Positions 28,701 to 41,698 of a DNA stretch of 64,000 bases are shown piece after piece. The first letter of the stretch is position 1. Each line of letters begins with the position of its first letter. The translations under genes were made by a program, and so were the position numbers. Below the pieces are notes generated by a model, which was not told the DNA's origin, did no database searches, and saw only the letters and a program-made list of their open reading frames with translations. The DNA is from Phoronis australis. Lineage: Eukaryota > Animalia > Phoronida. The stretch lies in contig NMRA01000456.1 of assembly GCA_002633005.1 (NCBI GenBank), forward strand, positions 187,147-251,146. Reading direction: 5' to 3'.

Positions 28701-31700
28701 GTGTCTTTCTGCAGTTCTAAAGCAGCCGTCCTGTAAACAAGCGCACTTGTACACTTCATTCTACACTTCAATAAGCTAATCAAAGGACTTTCATTGTCTG
28801 AACGCAGTCATTTATGTAAACATTTTGTGAATGGATAAAATATCAAATCATTTGCCTTACAGTCACACACTGTGATTGAAACATTCACATCATCTCAAAA
28901 TAAAATGTAATTCAGTTGAGTTTAGTAGGAACACATTCGCCAAATTTCTAAGATCCTGCAAGGCATGTATTTACAAGATACAGCAGCGGATGTTAGACAG
29001 AGACGTTCATTGGCATTCATTTTCTACGACTGTCCTACTAACCGTTGAGTCAAGTATTCAATCTCCTCTTGACGAATCCTTTCTCTTTCCTTTACCTGAA
29101 CAATAAGTCACACAAAATAATTAATAGCAACCAGGACAAGAAGAAAACGAACATTCCTTAACAAAACAAACAACTTTTCCCTCAGTGCATTTCTGGCTTC
29201 TGTCCACTTAGAATAAACAAGCAGCATTAGGGGAATTGAAAACTTCGTTTTTTTTCAAAAATGCAACATTCTCCCAATGTTTAACATTATTTAATCAATT
29301 TTCATTGCTATTCATAACATTTCTTTAAAGGCATTGTTTGTGTCCTAAACGTGAGCAAAATTTCACTGAAACAGTAACATTCAGTACTCAGTGTGTCTGT
29401 CATTTACCAATAGAGGACAAGCCCCAACACTAGCTGTAGGTTAAAACAGTTATAAGAAATAATTTCAAAACAACCGATGACACACAAAGTACCTGATAAT
29501 CCACAATAAACTTTGGATATTTGTTGAAGACAGGGTATTGGCCCTGAGACAAGGGCACAAACTGGGCCGGCTGTTTATCTGGGTTGACAGACTCGGGTGT
29601 GTTGGCCAGCAGGCGATACGCTTCACTGATCACCTGATCAACACTGACTGCATTCCGGTGATGGAAAAAATACTGCAAAAATTGAATATTGTGAAAAAAT
29701 GAACCACCAACAATGTCTACAATTAAGACAGTGAAATACATCGTCAAACAACTCAATATCACTTTAAGTGCCCATTGAAGCTCTGTTATTATAACAGCTT
29801 AGATCTCCAATTCTGGTGCTTTTCCATATATTTTGCATAGTCCCATAGGACGCAAGAAAGCATCACCATACAATGTAAGTTCTACGACTAAACCGCATTG
29901 CTGATATTCCAAGCTGGTATTACCTCAAAGTCTTCAATCCGCCCACACTGTAACAACGGCCCTCTGGAGGTTACACAGTACGCTACAACCACCATCAACA
30001 TAAACGCTGGTGGATTGCTAAATATGTTATCAAATAACTTTAGCCACTCCTCTCGTGTAAACACCTCTGAAAACAGCGTCTCCAACAGAGGCCAGGCATA
30101 CGTCTACAATGTAGAGGTAACAGACTGACAAGGTGCAAAAAAATGTTGCCATACAGTCAGTTAACAAACTCATGTTTTGACATATGGTCATTTAAAAAAG
30201 CTCATGTTTTACTTGATGGCCATTTAACAAAGCTCATGTTTTGACATACAGTCAGCTAAAAATGTACTGAAGATGCAATTTCTGGGTTTGGCCAGAACTG
30301 ACAGTTTGTTAATGCGTGAGACCTTGCTCTGCAAGTTGCGGCCTGTCATTTTATTTGCCAAGCATGGACTCTAGCAATAATGAATTGCCAGTTCATTACA
30401 AGACAAAAACTCAGTTTTCATTTGAGTAAGGAACAAATTGAGACCAATTTCATAGTCGTATGTGGTCTTCCAAGGAGCATTGGTAACTAGCCGGTTTATA
30501 TATCGGCTAATACGTTTTAAGTTACACACCGTTGTCAAATAATATAAAGGAAATAGACAGCCCTCCAATAAACAGCAGCCCTCCAATAAACAAACGAAGG
30601 ATTCTGATGACTATCACTGTCACAGAATATGCATTAACACAACACTAACAAACCACTTTACCTGAGCAGTGACTTCACAGTTGATGAAATGTTGAAGCAG
30701 AGTGCGGTCGTGATATCCAATTATATTCTCAACCATACTTAGCACACTAATGGGTGGATTCGGAAAGTACTCAAACCAGTTTTGACACCAGTTAGCTAAA
30801 AATAGAATACAATTGAACTAGTTTTAACATGTTGTCTGCGAAATAAAATTTTGTAAAATGCACAATGACCCGGCTCAGACCTTTATCCTCGAATCTCTCA
30901 TAGGTAAACTGTTGTATTGATATACGGGATTGCTCTTTCACACTATGGAGCTGAGTAAAACAGATCTAATTTTTTAGCATATAGTTTTTACGTACATCAC
31001 AAACTAGATGAGTTCCTAGCAGAGACTAGACAGCTCCGTTCTATTCTGGATCATGACTGGTCCTAAAAATGACATGAAATAACATAGGTACAAAGACTGA
31101 TCCTCCCATCAAAGGAACAGATATGTCCCTTCATCACAACAAGTCTATCTGAGTTCCACACTGACGTTCACCCAGAAGTGGAAACACCTTTGCAAGCTCA
31201 CATTCTGCACATACTGCACTGGTGTTATTTCACAGTAAATGCACAGCACTGATGCAAAATTATCAGACTGTGCAGTTGTCTTCACATTATACTGCCTATA
31301 GTATACTTAGAATAATTCATTATGTACAGAATAATAAAAATAAGAAACATACAGTGTTTTATATATTCTCAACAGATTTTTGCATACGTAATGGCACCCA
31401 TCAGGCTAGTCAACTCATGTGACTTACCAAATAAGGAAGTCAATACAGTGAAGAGTCTGACTGTATTTTTGACTTGCACGAAGCCGACTGCACTGAAGGT
31501 CGGAACTGAGTCTAATGACAAACATACAAAAAGTTACTTAATACTAACACTATAAACCTAATCACTTGATGAATACAATAACAGTAAGACTTCTCAATAA
31601 CACGTGCACAGGCTGCTCATGTGTGCCCATTGCACTGATCACCTGGAAACATTTTATGCTTTATTAACGTATAGTTGAAACCGAGCTGAGGAGCTAAAGA

Positions 31701-34700
31701 CCAGATTCAAGGGTCTGGCAGTGTGACCCAGTGCAGGGCTTGGAATGACCAATGACAAAAAACGCGGAGACTTTTACGGCCCATAAGAAACATAAAGAGC
31801 AACTTCCGCTTTTCAAGGTGAACGTCGTCGGCAACGCCGCGGTAAGGAAGGAATTTGCCGCAGAAATTTTATATCAAATCCGATTTTTATTACGCGGAAA
31901 TATAATAAAATGCGCGGACAGAACATTTGAAAAAAGCGGAAATCAGCGTTTCCGCGGAAAATTCCAAGCCCTGCCAGTGGGACTCAAACTCACGACCTTG
32001 AGTAAAGGAAGTGAACACTTATCCCACTAGGCCAAACTGTCTCCTCAGATGTTCGCTTACTTCTGTGTACGATTTACTCACCTAGAATAGTTGCAATGAC
32101 TTCAAAGCATATAAGTTGGTTGTGTTGGAACAACTTAACGAACGGGAAGGCCAACAATGGAAGGAACTTGGTTTCACCAAATAATGGTGACCAGTGCGCA
32201 AAAGCAGACAAGGTTCTGAAATAGTAGTAAAACCTCATCATCCAAAAGTTTGTAACTGAACATTTCAGTAACTCAGATCCATCCTGTCTAATAATTATAC
32301 CATACTTCATGTTATGTAGGTCCCTGGTAAACATACAAATTTGGCTAACTATGGAACTTCATATATGAGAAATGACAGATCAGATTAATATGACATTTCC
32401 ACAGACTATGTGACACTCTGTGAGGAATTGTTTTTAAAATGTCCCACATTTACATGCAGGCTATCAAAAATAGGAAGTTTATGTCTTTCATAAAAAACTA
32501 AAAAGTTACGTATAACAGAAACCATCTTGAATTTTTGTATCAAATGAAAGTGGGTCTCCTCCCCAACATCCACGTCGAATTTTGAAATAACGTAATGTCA
32601 TAGAAGCGCACCATGGTTTAACAAGCAGACTTGATAGATGAATTGGTTTATAGTACGAACATTAATGAACTTTCACAAAACTAGTTCCAATTGTACTCTA
32701 GATATTTGGCAAATTGCACACACTTGTCAAGGTCTTACATAATCTTCATTGGGAAAATAGCATAATTATTTCATTCTAAAACAGATTCTGCACTTCAAAA
32801 ATAAAAAACACATACACGAAAAAGCATTTGACAAGGCACAGCAGCCACAACGTGCCCCATCTTATAAGTACATACCTTTGTAGTATTCTCAGTAATTTGG
32901 TACTTTTGATTGGATAGTCTTGGTGTATATTAGCATAAGCTGGGTGAGTGCCTTTATCCACTAGAGCTGCATAGGCAGTGTGGTTCTCAGGGAGTTGAAG
33001 GACAGAGCGCCATATGAACATGCGGTACTTGGCAGGGTACTCTCCATACCCTCGCAGAATTGCAAACAATCTGTCTTCATCAAGACCCTCAGGTAATGTC
33101 TATATAAGATGGAAATGACCCATTGATAACTTTCAAACATCACATGTCTATTGGTCTCTCTTGATAACAGTAATGGAATCCTATCATGGTAAGGAATATT
33201 ATGAGCCTGATACTTTCAGAGCAAAGACCGAATTTGAGTTACGGCTTTTTAGTCATCTAAATACTAGGCAAAAGGAAGTTTTAATATAATTTGCCCAAGA
33301 AAAACAAAAACGAAGACATTCAGTTTTCACTACACATTAATTAGCACCACAAATCAGAGTGATAGAAAAAGACATAAATGCTTATTTATTACAAACACAA
33401 CAAATAACCAACTTATCGGTTGTTTGGGTTGTTTATACTGAAGCGTTCACGAGTGGTTAAAGAACTAAAATCAATCAGCAAAGAGCATTATATATAACAC
33501 CAATAATAGTAACCAAGAGAGGAATCAACAGTTGATTGGACTTCAAAACCACTTGCCCAGACTTCAAAACCAGTCAGCTGGACTGCAAAAATGGCCAGTG
33601 ATCAAACACGTTGTCCGCACTTCAAAACGCGATGGCCTCACCCAAAAAAAAATAGTTTAGTTAGCTGGACCCAAAACAGGATAGCCGGTGTTATAACCAG
33701 CTGGCTGGTGATCAAACACGAGGGCCAGACTTCTTCAGCGACTCGCTTTAAGTCTCTAAGAATTCAAGTGACATCTAGTGTTTTTATTTTCGTACCCGTT
33801 TATTTGTTTTGTTCAAAATCGGTGATTTGTTTGGCCATTGTGTTTGAGCAACAGCCAACCCGTTTTAGGTCCGGCCAACCACTTTTTTGGGTGCGGCCAT
33901 CTGGTTTTGAGATACCGGCCAACCTGTTTTGAGGACAGACCACCAAGTTAGAACACCGGCCACTGGGTTTTGCAGTCCAGCCAGCTGGTTCTCAAGTCCG
34001 GGCAAGTAGTTCAGAAGACTGATCAATTGTTAATTCGCATCTCTAGGTAATGTGCAAGTATAACTTTACAGAATCAGACTCGGCCACAGTCTTCTTGGGA
34101 CTCCTGGAAGTGGACAATCTGTTGTTGGCTGTGCCAGGTGATCTTCGGCGGACTATGCTGCTTCTTTCACTAGCTTTCTCTGACATCTTGCTGGAGCTTA
34201 CCACTTTCACTAAAGGGGGTGGTGGCTTATTCCACTCTAAAGCAAAAAAAGAAATAAGCTTTTGGATTAGCCATTTCATGCAAAAAATGGACGGAACTCT
34301 ACGTCACTCACCTTATCATATTTATAAATTGTTGTCTCATTGCTGCACCATGAGAGAATTTTAACATTAGTGCAAAAAAACATCAGTGCAAGCTAGTTAG
34401 TTAAAACTACAGATTTAGTCATACTGGTAGCTCACACGAGTCACAATCGAGTTCCAGTTGCCTGAGGTCAATTCACAGCATGTTCAGAACCTTGCTCATT
34501 CTACATTAAATGCTTGGTTCATAAAATGACTTGCTTCTCACAACATCACCTTCTGTACAAAATTTTTACTTTCAGGGTTCACCAAGCAACTTTATGATAC
34601 GTTACTCCAGCTTCATGGGACAAAGCAACAGAAAAATGTTTATGTAAATTTGGAAGGTCAAGGAAACAATTTTTGTTAAATGCAATATAATTTCAAACTA

Positions 34701-37700
34701 TTGGACAACATTGCTAAATGTATTGTCAAGCTGTCTCTCCACGTTTTTGTAAAACTACATCTTGATCACTGAAATGTTTACAGACTCCCAAGATATTCAA
34801 GACATATGTCAGTTAAGAAGCCAAAAAGTACAGTCTGTGTGCAAGTGTCAAACATCCATTAGGTTCTAGTATCAGGACAATCCTCTACTTGAAGACAAAT
34901 GTTGAGAAACTAGTCAAATAAAGTTACTAGTAAGCTTGACTACAGCATTTTATTCTAAACCTGCTAAGCACCAGATAGACTTCCACTATTACAAAACCCT
35001 TTCAACTGATCAACTGTATACAAACCTAAAGTGAGAGATGCAACATCATAAATATGGAGCTGCCCACTGTCCATCAAGGCTATAATGTGTCGGCCAACAG
35101 GGGAAATGACCATGTTGTTGATGCGGTCATCCACAGAGCCGATATCAAACATCTGTTTATACGATATGATGTTAACAAACCGAACTATGCCATCCTGACA
35201 GAGCACTCCGAGAACCTGAAATATTAATAAGTACAGGATCAGTTGATGATAACTCTTTCGCACACTAACAAGTGACGCATTTCATGTGAAGTCTCAAAAT
35301 ATTGAAGGTTTATATTAAACAGACGCACCAAAAGTATTTCTCAATCTCATGGGGTAATATGGACTTTCTGAATTTCAGCGATAATGAACTAATCACTCAC
35401 AAAAATGGACTTCTTTCATGAACCATATCGTTTCCAAAGAAATTCACATAACTATAATGTTTCAGTATTAAAGCGGATATAATAACAATAATAATCTCCT
35501 TTTTTATGTACTGAAATTTTTAGCCCAAAGTCAGCTCTGGACCAATTGAAATCACTCCCTGACATATTCAAATAGGCTTACAACCGGGCAGAAGATTAAG
35601 CAAGAGGGGTGAGAGGTCATGACCTCATACAACCCTTGAACTCTAGGATACCAAGACACTTGAATAACACTACCAGGGATGCGTGATACAATGTCTTTGT
35701 TGAATTTCACTCTTTTGTGTTGCTCTCTTGTGAATTCACAAAAGTGATTACACATTTACCCCTTATTATTAGTTTTCTATCAGCAGTCAGATTACACTTG
35801 ATGAGTCAGATTACACTTGATGAGTCAGATTACACTTGATGAGTCAGATTACACTTGATGAGTCAGATTACACTTGATGAGTCAGATTACACTTGATGAG
35901 TCTGATTACACTTGATGAGTCAGATTACTCTTGATGAGTCAAGCTCTCAGATCCATCTTAGATCCTGTTAAAAGAGAAATCCCTGTGACTACTGATAGGT
36001 AGGTAACCATCATTGTTCATCACTATGACTTCACCAGTAACGTGGACACCCATGACACTACCTCAAACTGCTCTATAAAATAAAAATAAAAATAAAAAAG
36101 ACTTGCCTGGCTACTGCCTCCGTCAAAGTTATCGGGCAAAAACTCCATCATTTTGACCTGCTGCACTTTCTTTGGCATCTCAATAATGCGCTGTATAGAT
36201 TGGGTCTCCAGTGACCACATGTGAAGAAAGTTGGACTTCCCACCTGCCACCAGTGTGCGCCCATCACTGTAAAACAATTATTTCAACTGCAAGTCCAAGG
36301 TAAACGTCATTTTCCCATGTGGCACTTGTTCTGCCTGTACAAATGAATAACAAGTTTGATGACACAGATTCTTCAATTTCCAACAGCAGCTTTCTAAGAT
36401 GTCCCTGACAGGATGACGACAATATGCGACCACATGTGTGAGTGCAAACAATTGGTGGTTATTACAAATAATAATTAGGCATGAGTTATATAAATAAGTA
36501 CACTTAGGTGTTGAAAAGCCACAGTTAATATGCCACTTGATGAGTTGTGGAAGGACTTGAAGATTACGATGAGTATTCCTGTGACATGTAACGTGCTGTT
36601 AATTGCTCCGTGTTTCAAGAGAATTGCAAAGTCATAACCGTTCTGATTGATGTATAATTGGGTTCCAACGAAAGCTTTCATGTCGAAGGATCTGATGAGT
36701 GGACTGCCACAGAACTGTGTTTTGTGGTTTTGCTGTATTTTGTCGCTGAACTTTGTGAGTATCGATGAAAATTTTTGCTGCCATACCGATATCCTGCTGT
36801 GTACCCTTCCCAAGGATATTCCTGGTTGCTATTCAAGGTGCAGCATTCAGCTGAACAGAACTCAACAGGTGATAACCCACTGCATTGCTACTGCTATGTA
36901 TTTGGGACAATTGCATTGTTTCCCGCATTATGTCTATCCATGTTTCCAACCAGAGATGCACCATGACAATGTAATTGACAGGCATGAGGCTTTTAATGTG
37001 GGACTCCCCCTAGTCACTGAATCTGCTACCAATAACAGTGAGGTTCTTTACGGTCCTGGACAGAAAGATGACATAGCTGCAACCACGGAAAGGTGGNGCA
37101 AAAGCTTTATACCCAATGCTATCACCAGGGGGCACCGGTAACTGGTATTTGCAGTTCAATGTGTCCGCTTCCCAAGCAAAAATGGAGTCCCCTTTGAAGC
37201 ATGTTAATATCGTATTGCTAAGTGGTACAAAAAATACCTGAAATGAAAGTAGTTGAAATTGTGAAAAGTGAATCACACATTATAAACTCATTATTGGGTC
37301 TATTAAATAGAACAGTGACTGGATGAATCTTGCAACACTTTGCATGACTCTGTTTCATTGCCAAATCTAGCTACTGTAAAAATTCTCCAGTATAGGACAC
37401 TGAAAACTAAATTATTTTGCTCAAAGTCAGAGTTCGAACCCAATGTTGGCATCCCAAATTCAAGAATAACGAAAAACACAAATTTTGTATTGGCAGCTAT
37501 TTTTGACAATTTTATTTCAGACATTGTTAAATGCAATGTCCAATATTTAGGTATTACCAATTTGATTATTCTTCAAAATTCCCAATGTCCTATTCAGCTT
37601 GTCTTTTACTGTAGACTTTTTTACACCTGTCTAATCATTTTCTTCTAATTCTGCTTCTGTCGCCTTTATTCTAAAAGGTTGTATCGTTGCCAACTGTATT

Positions 37701-40700
37701 ATTGTGTGACACGTGAATCTCCACAGAAGCGAAAGCGAGGCTGCTGATCTGTCTGCCATATCTGGAGATGCACCGCTAATTCGTACCTCACAGTAAGGAA
37801 GAGCGATCAATGCAGTATCATCAGCATGTATAATTTGGTCATCGGTAGCCAACCATCACTTCTTTCTTAGTGTTCTAGGGTAACCTCTCAATCTACTTAC
37901 CAAACACTGAATCAACTCTCTGAACCACCCAACAATACAGAGGACAGCATTCATTATTCAGAGCTTGATGGGGTGGTTTGGAGTAGTGATTGACAGGCTA
38001 CTTGATAAGGTACCCCAGGCAAGGATTCTTCTATTCAAATTCACTAAAGAAGGTCAGCATGATTTCCAAATAACATGTGAAGCAACAACATGGTTACATT
38101 ACAAATGCTACATTTCTTTAACAAACCTTTCAAATTCAATCCCTTAGTAAAGAATAATAAAACTGAAATGCAACCTTGACAATTCCAATGTTTTCTTTAA
38201 TGTTCAACTTCCTCTTTCTCTTAAATGTGTCAAGATCCCATAGCTGAGCCACATCATTGGATGAGGTGATGGCATAGCGACCAGAGGCATGAATAGAAAT
38301 GGTATGAATAGGGGCACGGTGGCCCTTCAACCAGGCAACCAGTTCCTTGGAATCTGTAAACATATTATAATGTTCATAAGGTTAGTATCGTTCAACCACA
38401 TATCAGTTGTCAACTTCTGTTGAGTAACCTCTGACTTTAGTAAATATTTAGTCTTGTCCACACACAGCCTACCCTAGAACAACTTGCACTGGTGCAACCT
38501 ACCCTACTTTTAAGTGGAGCGTCCACACACACACACACACATATATACGATAACTATAGTTAGGCAGAAGTTGTCGCTCTGTGCATGACGATGGACAGCC
38601 GATGCAAACACGCAGTTGATTACTCAAGCCTTACCCAAATTATGCGACCACACAGCAACTAAAAGTGGCTCAAGTTTCCCTAGAACAGGTTACACTACCT
38701 CGATAAAGTGAACTAAATTGTCACAAGTGGGGCAAAATGCACTAGTTTAGTTAGCGTCCACACAGTCCCCAAACCAAGCGACAACTCGTTCCAGGGGTAA
38801 TTTGTTCCAGGATAAGTCTGTGTGTTGATGAGAATAGTAACTTAACACAATCTTCTCAGCAAAATACACATAAGTGATTGGACTAGACATGGAAGTAAAT
38901 AAACAGATGAGACCCAGCAGTTGCAGATTACCTGAATCAAAACACTTTAATGAGTAGTCTGACATTGCCACCAAGTATTCATTGCGGCGTCTTAGGGAAA
39001 ATGACAGTGATGTGGGCATGCTGCCTGTTCTTTGAAGAAGTGTAAACCTACAAGACAATAATACAGTTCATCCAATTAGAAAAACTAATTTACATTAAAC
39101 ATAAAACATCAACAAAATTGCTTAACATTTTAGAGCAAATTTGATCAGCGCGTAAGATGCATTACGCTTTACGATGGCCAAAAAACTTAGTGTTCAAGCA
39201 AACTTTAAGCATACTGGATATAATACAAAGCGCAGATCACAACTGGTCATCCAAGATATATTGCCAGGCTTTTCACAACTTTAATAGAGTCTATGTGCAC
39301 AAGCCTTAGAAGAGTATCGAAATCGTATTCCACCCACGCACTGACAACATCGTGAACTCTGTACACAAATATGCGACAAGCAGCTGACCTCATTCCCAGA
39401 CAATCTTAAAATTTGATACACAAATAAGTAGAATGTAAGACACTTGATGTGCTCACCTTTATCCAGAAATCAGTTACTAGTACAGATACAACTAGACTTC
39501 CTCTCGTACACTTTAGCTCATACTGCCTGCAAGAGCTAGCTGTCTGGGAGTGATGTCATCATACAAGTTAAGAGCTTCTATTTATAGAACGCACTGCTCG
39601 TCAGATGCCGTGCAGATCTAAAGATGTCCATCATTCTAGTATACAACTTCCCAATATACAATTTATTCAACATCTAATCTTGGGAGTATACCTTTAAGTA
39701 GGGATAATATACGGAATTATAACATGACCTCTGATAGTCTTGCATCCACCCTTTTGATTCTGGTGAACATATCTTACATCTGATTCTTCATCGGAAAATC
39801 AAAGATTAAGTCCTCTGTGTATTTAAATTGCCTCACATAAAAAGGCATGCTTTTACAACCTGAACTGGCATAACTTGCGTTATAATCCAGATGAAGAACA
39901 TAGGCTGTAATCACAATACCCGCTGCTCACAATGTCACTCGAGCAGAACACTTTGTCTTGATTATCAGCAAACTGAGCTTTTGGAATACACGTAATTGAA
40001 ATCATTGAGCAGTAACTGAATAAATATTTGTCACAGTAAATTACAGAAAAGAGAGAAATAAGAGATAATTAGCTTAGAACTGTAAAACAATCTGACTAAA
40101 TGGCTATTTCCGAGTTGTTCACCAGACTCTAATGGTAATATAGAGGCTGCAGGCAAGACAAGTCCTTGTGCTAATATAGAGGCTGCAGGCAAGACAAGAC
40201 CTCAGGTATTTCATATATAAACTGATCTAAACACACCTGTTTTTTGATAAATCAAACATGTGGATGTTACCCATGTGATCTCCAGTGACAAAGCGGTCAC
40301 CACTGACGTCAAATGCGGCATGAAGGAAACGCACTTGTTTGTTAGCAACAGACACAGTGTTGTATATGGACTGTGACACACCCACCAACACCCTGTAACA
40401 CACAAAGATGACAAGCGTTTACTCTGCACCAAATCATTGTGTTGATCTAACGGGCAACTTTCATTATTTATAACCTTTCATTTTGGATATGAAATGTCAA
40501 GTCCGACTGCAACTTCAATATCACCATGACATAAACAGTTGAACAGTCAGGGCCTCATAATTGTATGCCAGAGAAACATGTTTGGTCAGAGACTTCCAAT
40601 GGCAGGATGGAAACCATCAACAAATACCATGGATGCAGGTGCATTATAAGCAGTTATTATAGTAGTCTGTCTCAACATTACAAACTGTCTTCAAGGCTCA

Positions 40701-41698
40701 AGTGTCTATCAAGTTAGCATTAAGAATTTAAAAACTGGACGATCGCCGCACAAATAAAAAAGTTCATGTTCAATTCAGCATTTCGTCTATTCATAACTGT
40801 ACAGTAACTCCTATAAGGAGCTACTGCACATTAAAGAGTCATTGGGCATTCAGAACCAGCATGCCACTGATTCTCTGAATAACATGCAGAGCTCAGTGAC
40901 CCTGCAGCTATGGTGATGACCAGCTACTGACTATATTCTGTGTATCTCTCACTTCACTCTATGGATGTTACCTGAGCTGTATGTTGGCACTTGTTGTCCT
41001 AAATTGTTGTAAATATGATCCTGATGATGTCTAATGAAAAGGCGAAACGTTGAATTGAACATGAACTTTTTTATTTGTGTGGCGATCGTCCGGTTTTTAA
41101 TCTTATTGTGGCCAAAAACTGATTTCATTAAAAATTTGCACTTGACTGGAAAGACAGAAGTCAGATCGTCTATTCACGAAAATTTTAAATGTAAATGAAT
41201 GATTGTTCTAAGTCTAAACATATGATCTTAAATTTGAAATTTTTTAATTTTCATCAGGGTATTTTGTTTTATCTTTGATTAAAAGGGTGACTGAACAATA
41301 AACTAGTTTCATAGTGTTGTCTTTAAGGATTTCCCCGCGAGTCATTCACTGTTCTCCTTGTTACCCATCTGCTATTAACCAATGATTGACATGTAAGCCT
41401 CCCCAGAAAATTTTTGAGAATCCCAAGTCTTATTTGGTGCATTCTAGAGGCCTCGAAATCCCTTCTTGGTGTACTTTATGGAAAACATTGGTCCAGCAGT
41501 TGCCAGCGCTCATGGCTAACTTAAATTTCAACAAAGACTTTGAAAATGATTTCCCTATCTCCAATGTATGACCTTCTAATATTGTTGTAAAGAGATCGTG
41601 CATGAATTAACCTACCCATTGTGAGCACTTGGACTTGGTTTGCGATGAAATATCTTTCCACTTTCCTTCTGACCGATATCGTTAATTTCCAATGCCAT
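22744..41698 (-). CDS. TBC1D31: TBC1 domain family member 31 (WDR67): WD40 + TBC + coiled coil, ~1020 aa, 22 coding exons
   Basis: Exons 41698-41616, 40392-40237, 39047-38932, 38353-38175, 37237-~37098 (end lost at N), 36266-36107 (GC donor), 35215-35026, 34236-34070, 33099-32876, 32215-32082, 30795-30662, 30103-29924, 29672-29493, 29095-29043, 28730-28578, 28454-28319, 27517-27425, 26872-26732, 26464-26348, 25785-25708, 24890-24764, 22862-22744. Diagnostic peptides: GQKESGKIFHRKPSP, QLWDLDTFKRKRKLNI, KPPPPLVKV, GYGEYPAKYRMFIWRS, NWFEYFPNPP, YAWPLLETLFSEV, YPVFNKYPKFIVDYQ. Confidence 0.93.
30150..30255. repeat. Three degenerate ~37-bp tandem units
   Basis: CATACAGTCAGTTAACAAACTCATGTTTTGA-like units. 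Confidence 0.55.
31734..31973. mobile_element. 240-bp non-autonomous DNA transposon with 13-bp TIRs and 6-bp TSD, inserted into a tRNA-derived SINE
   Basis: CCAGTG|CAGGGCTTGGAAT...ATTCCAAGCCCTG|CCAGTG; internal CGCGGA repeats; the flanks rejoin into a minus-strand SINE head (TGGCCTAGTGG..GAGTTTGAGTCCCACTGGGTCACAC). Confidence 0.8.
33516..34044. mobile_element. ~530-bp foldback element with long imperfect TIRs built of ~21-bp subrepeats
   Basis: AGAGAGGAATCAACAGTTGAT..ACTTGCCCAGACTT..GCTGGACTGCAAAA is the reverse complement of TTTTGCAGTCCAGC..AAGTCCGGGCAAGT..ATCAATTGTTAATTCGCATCTCT. Confidence 0.75.
35785..35941. repeat. 19-bp minisatellite, ~8.3 copies
   Basis: (AGTCAGATTACACTTGATG)n with two single-base variants. 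Confidence 0.95.
40136..40200. repeat. Short direct duplication, period 36
   Basis: TAATATAGAGGCTGCAGGCAAGACAAG occurs twice. Confidence 0.8.
40721..41105 (+). mobile_element. Penelope-like element remnant: inverted ~72-bp arms, with a minimal hammerhead motif overlapping the right arm
   Basis: 40721-40794 is the reverse complement of 41034-41105; CTGATGA-TGTC..GGC-GAAACGTT at 41021-41051. Confidence 0.6.
41018..41055 (+). ncRNA. Minimal (Penelope-type) hammerhead ribozyme motif, probably degenerate
   Basis: Core CUGAUGA, a short stem II around loop AAUGAAA, then GAAAC and palindromic ACGU; stem I is weak. Confidence 0.45.

Noticed and set aside
35785-35941. Regular repeats as a CRISPR array
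   Set aside because: Contiguous units with no unique spacers, eukaryotic intron, no cas genes.
36687-36720. CTGATGA-GTGG-ACTG-CCAC hammerhead-like motif
   Set aside because: Followed by AGAAC rather than GAAA, and no stems I or III found.
36475-37141. Longest ORFs of the track (164 aa + and 112 aa -)
   Set aside because: No recognisable domain, intronic, and one crosses the N junction.
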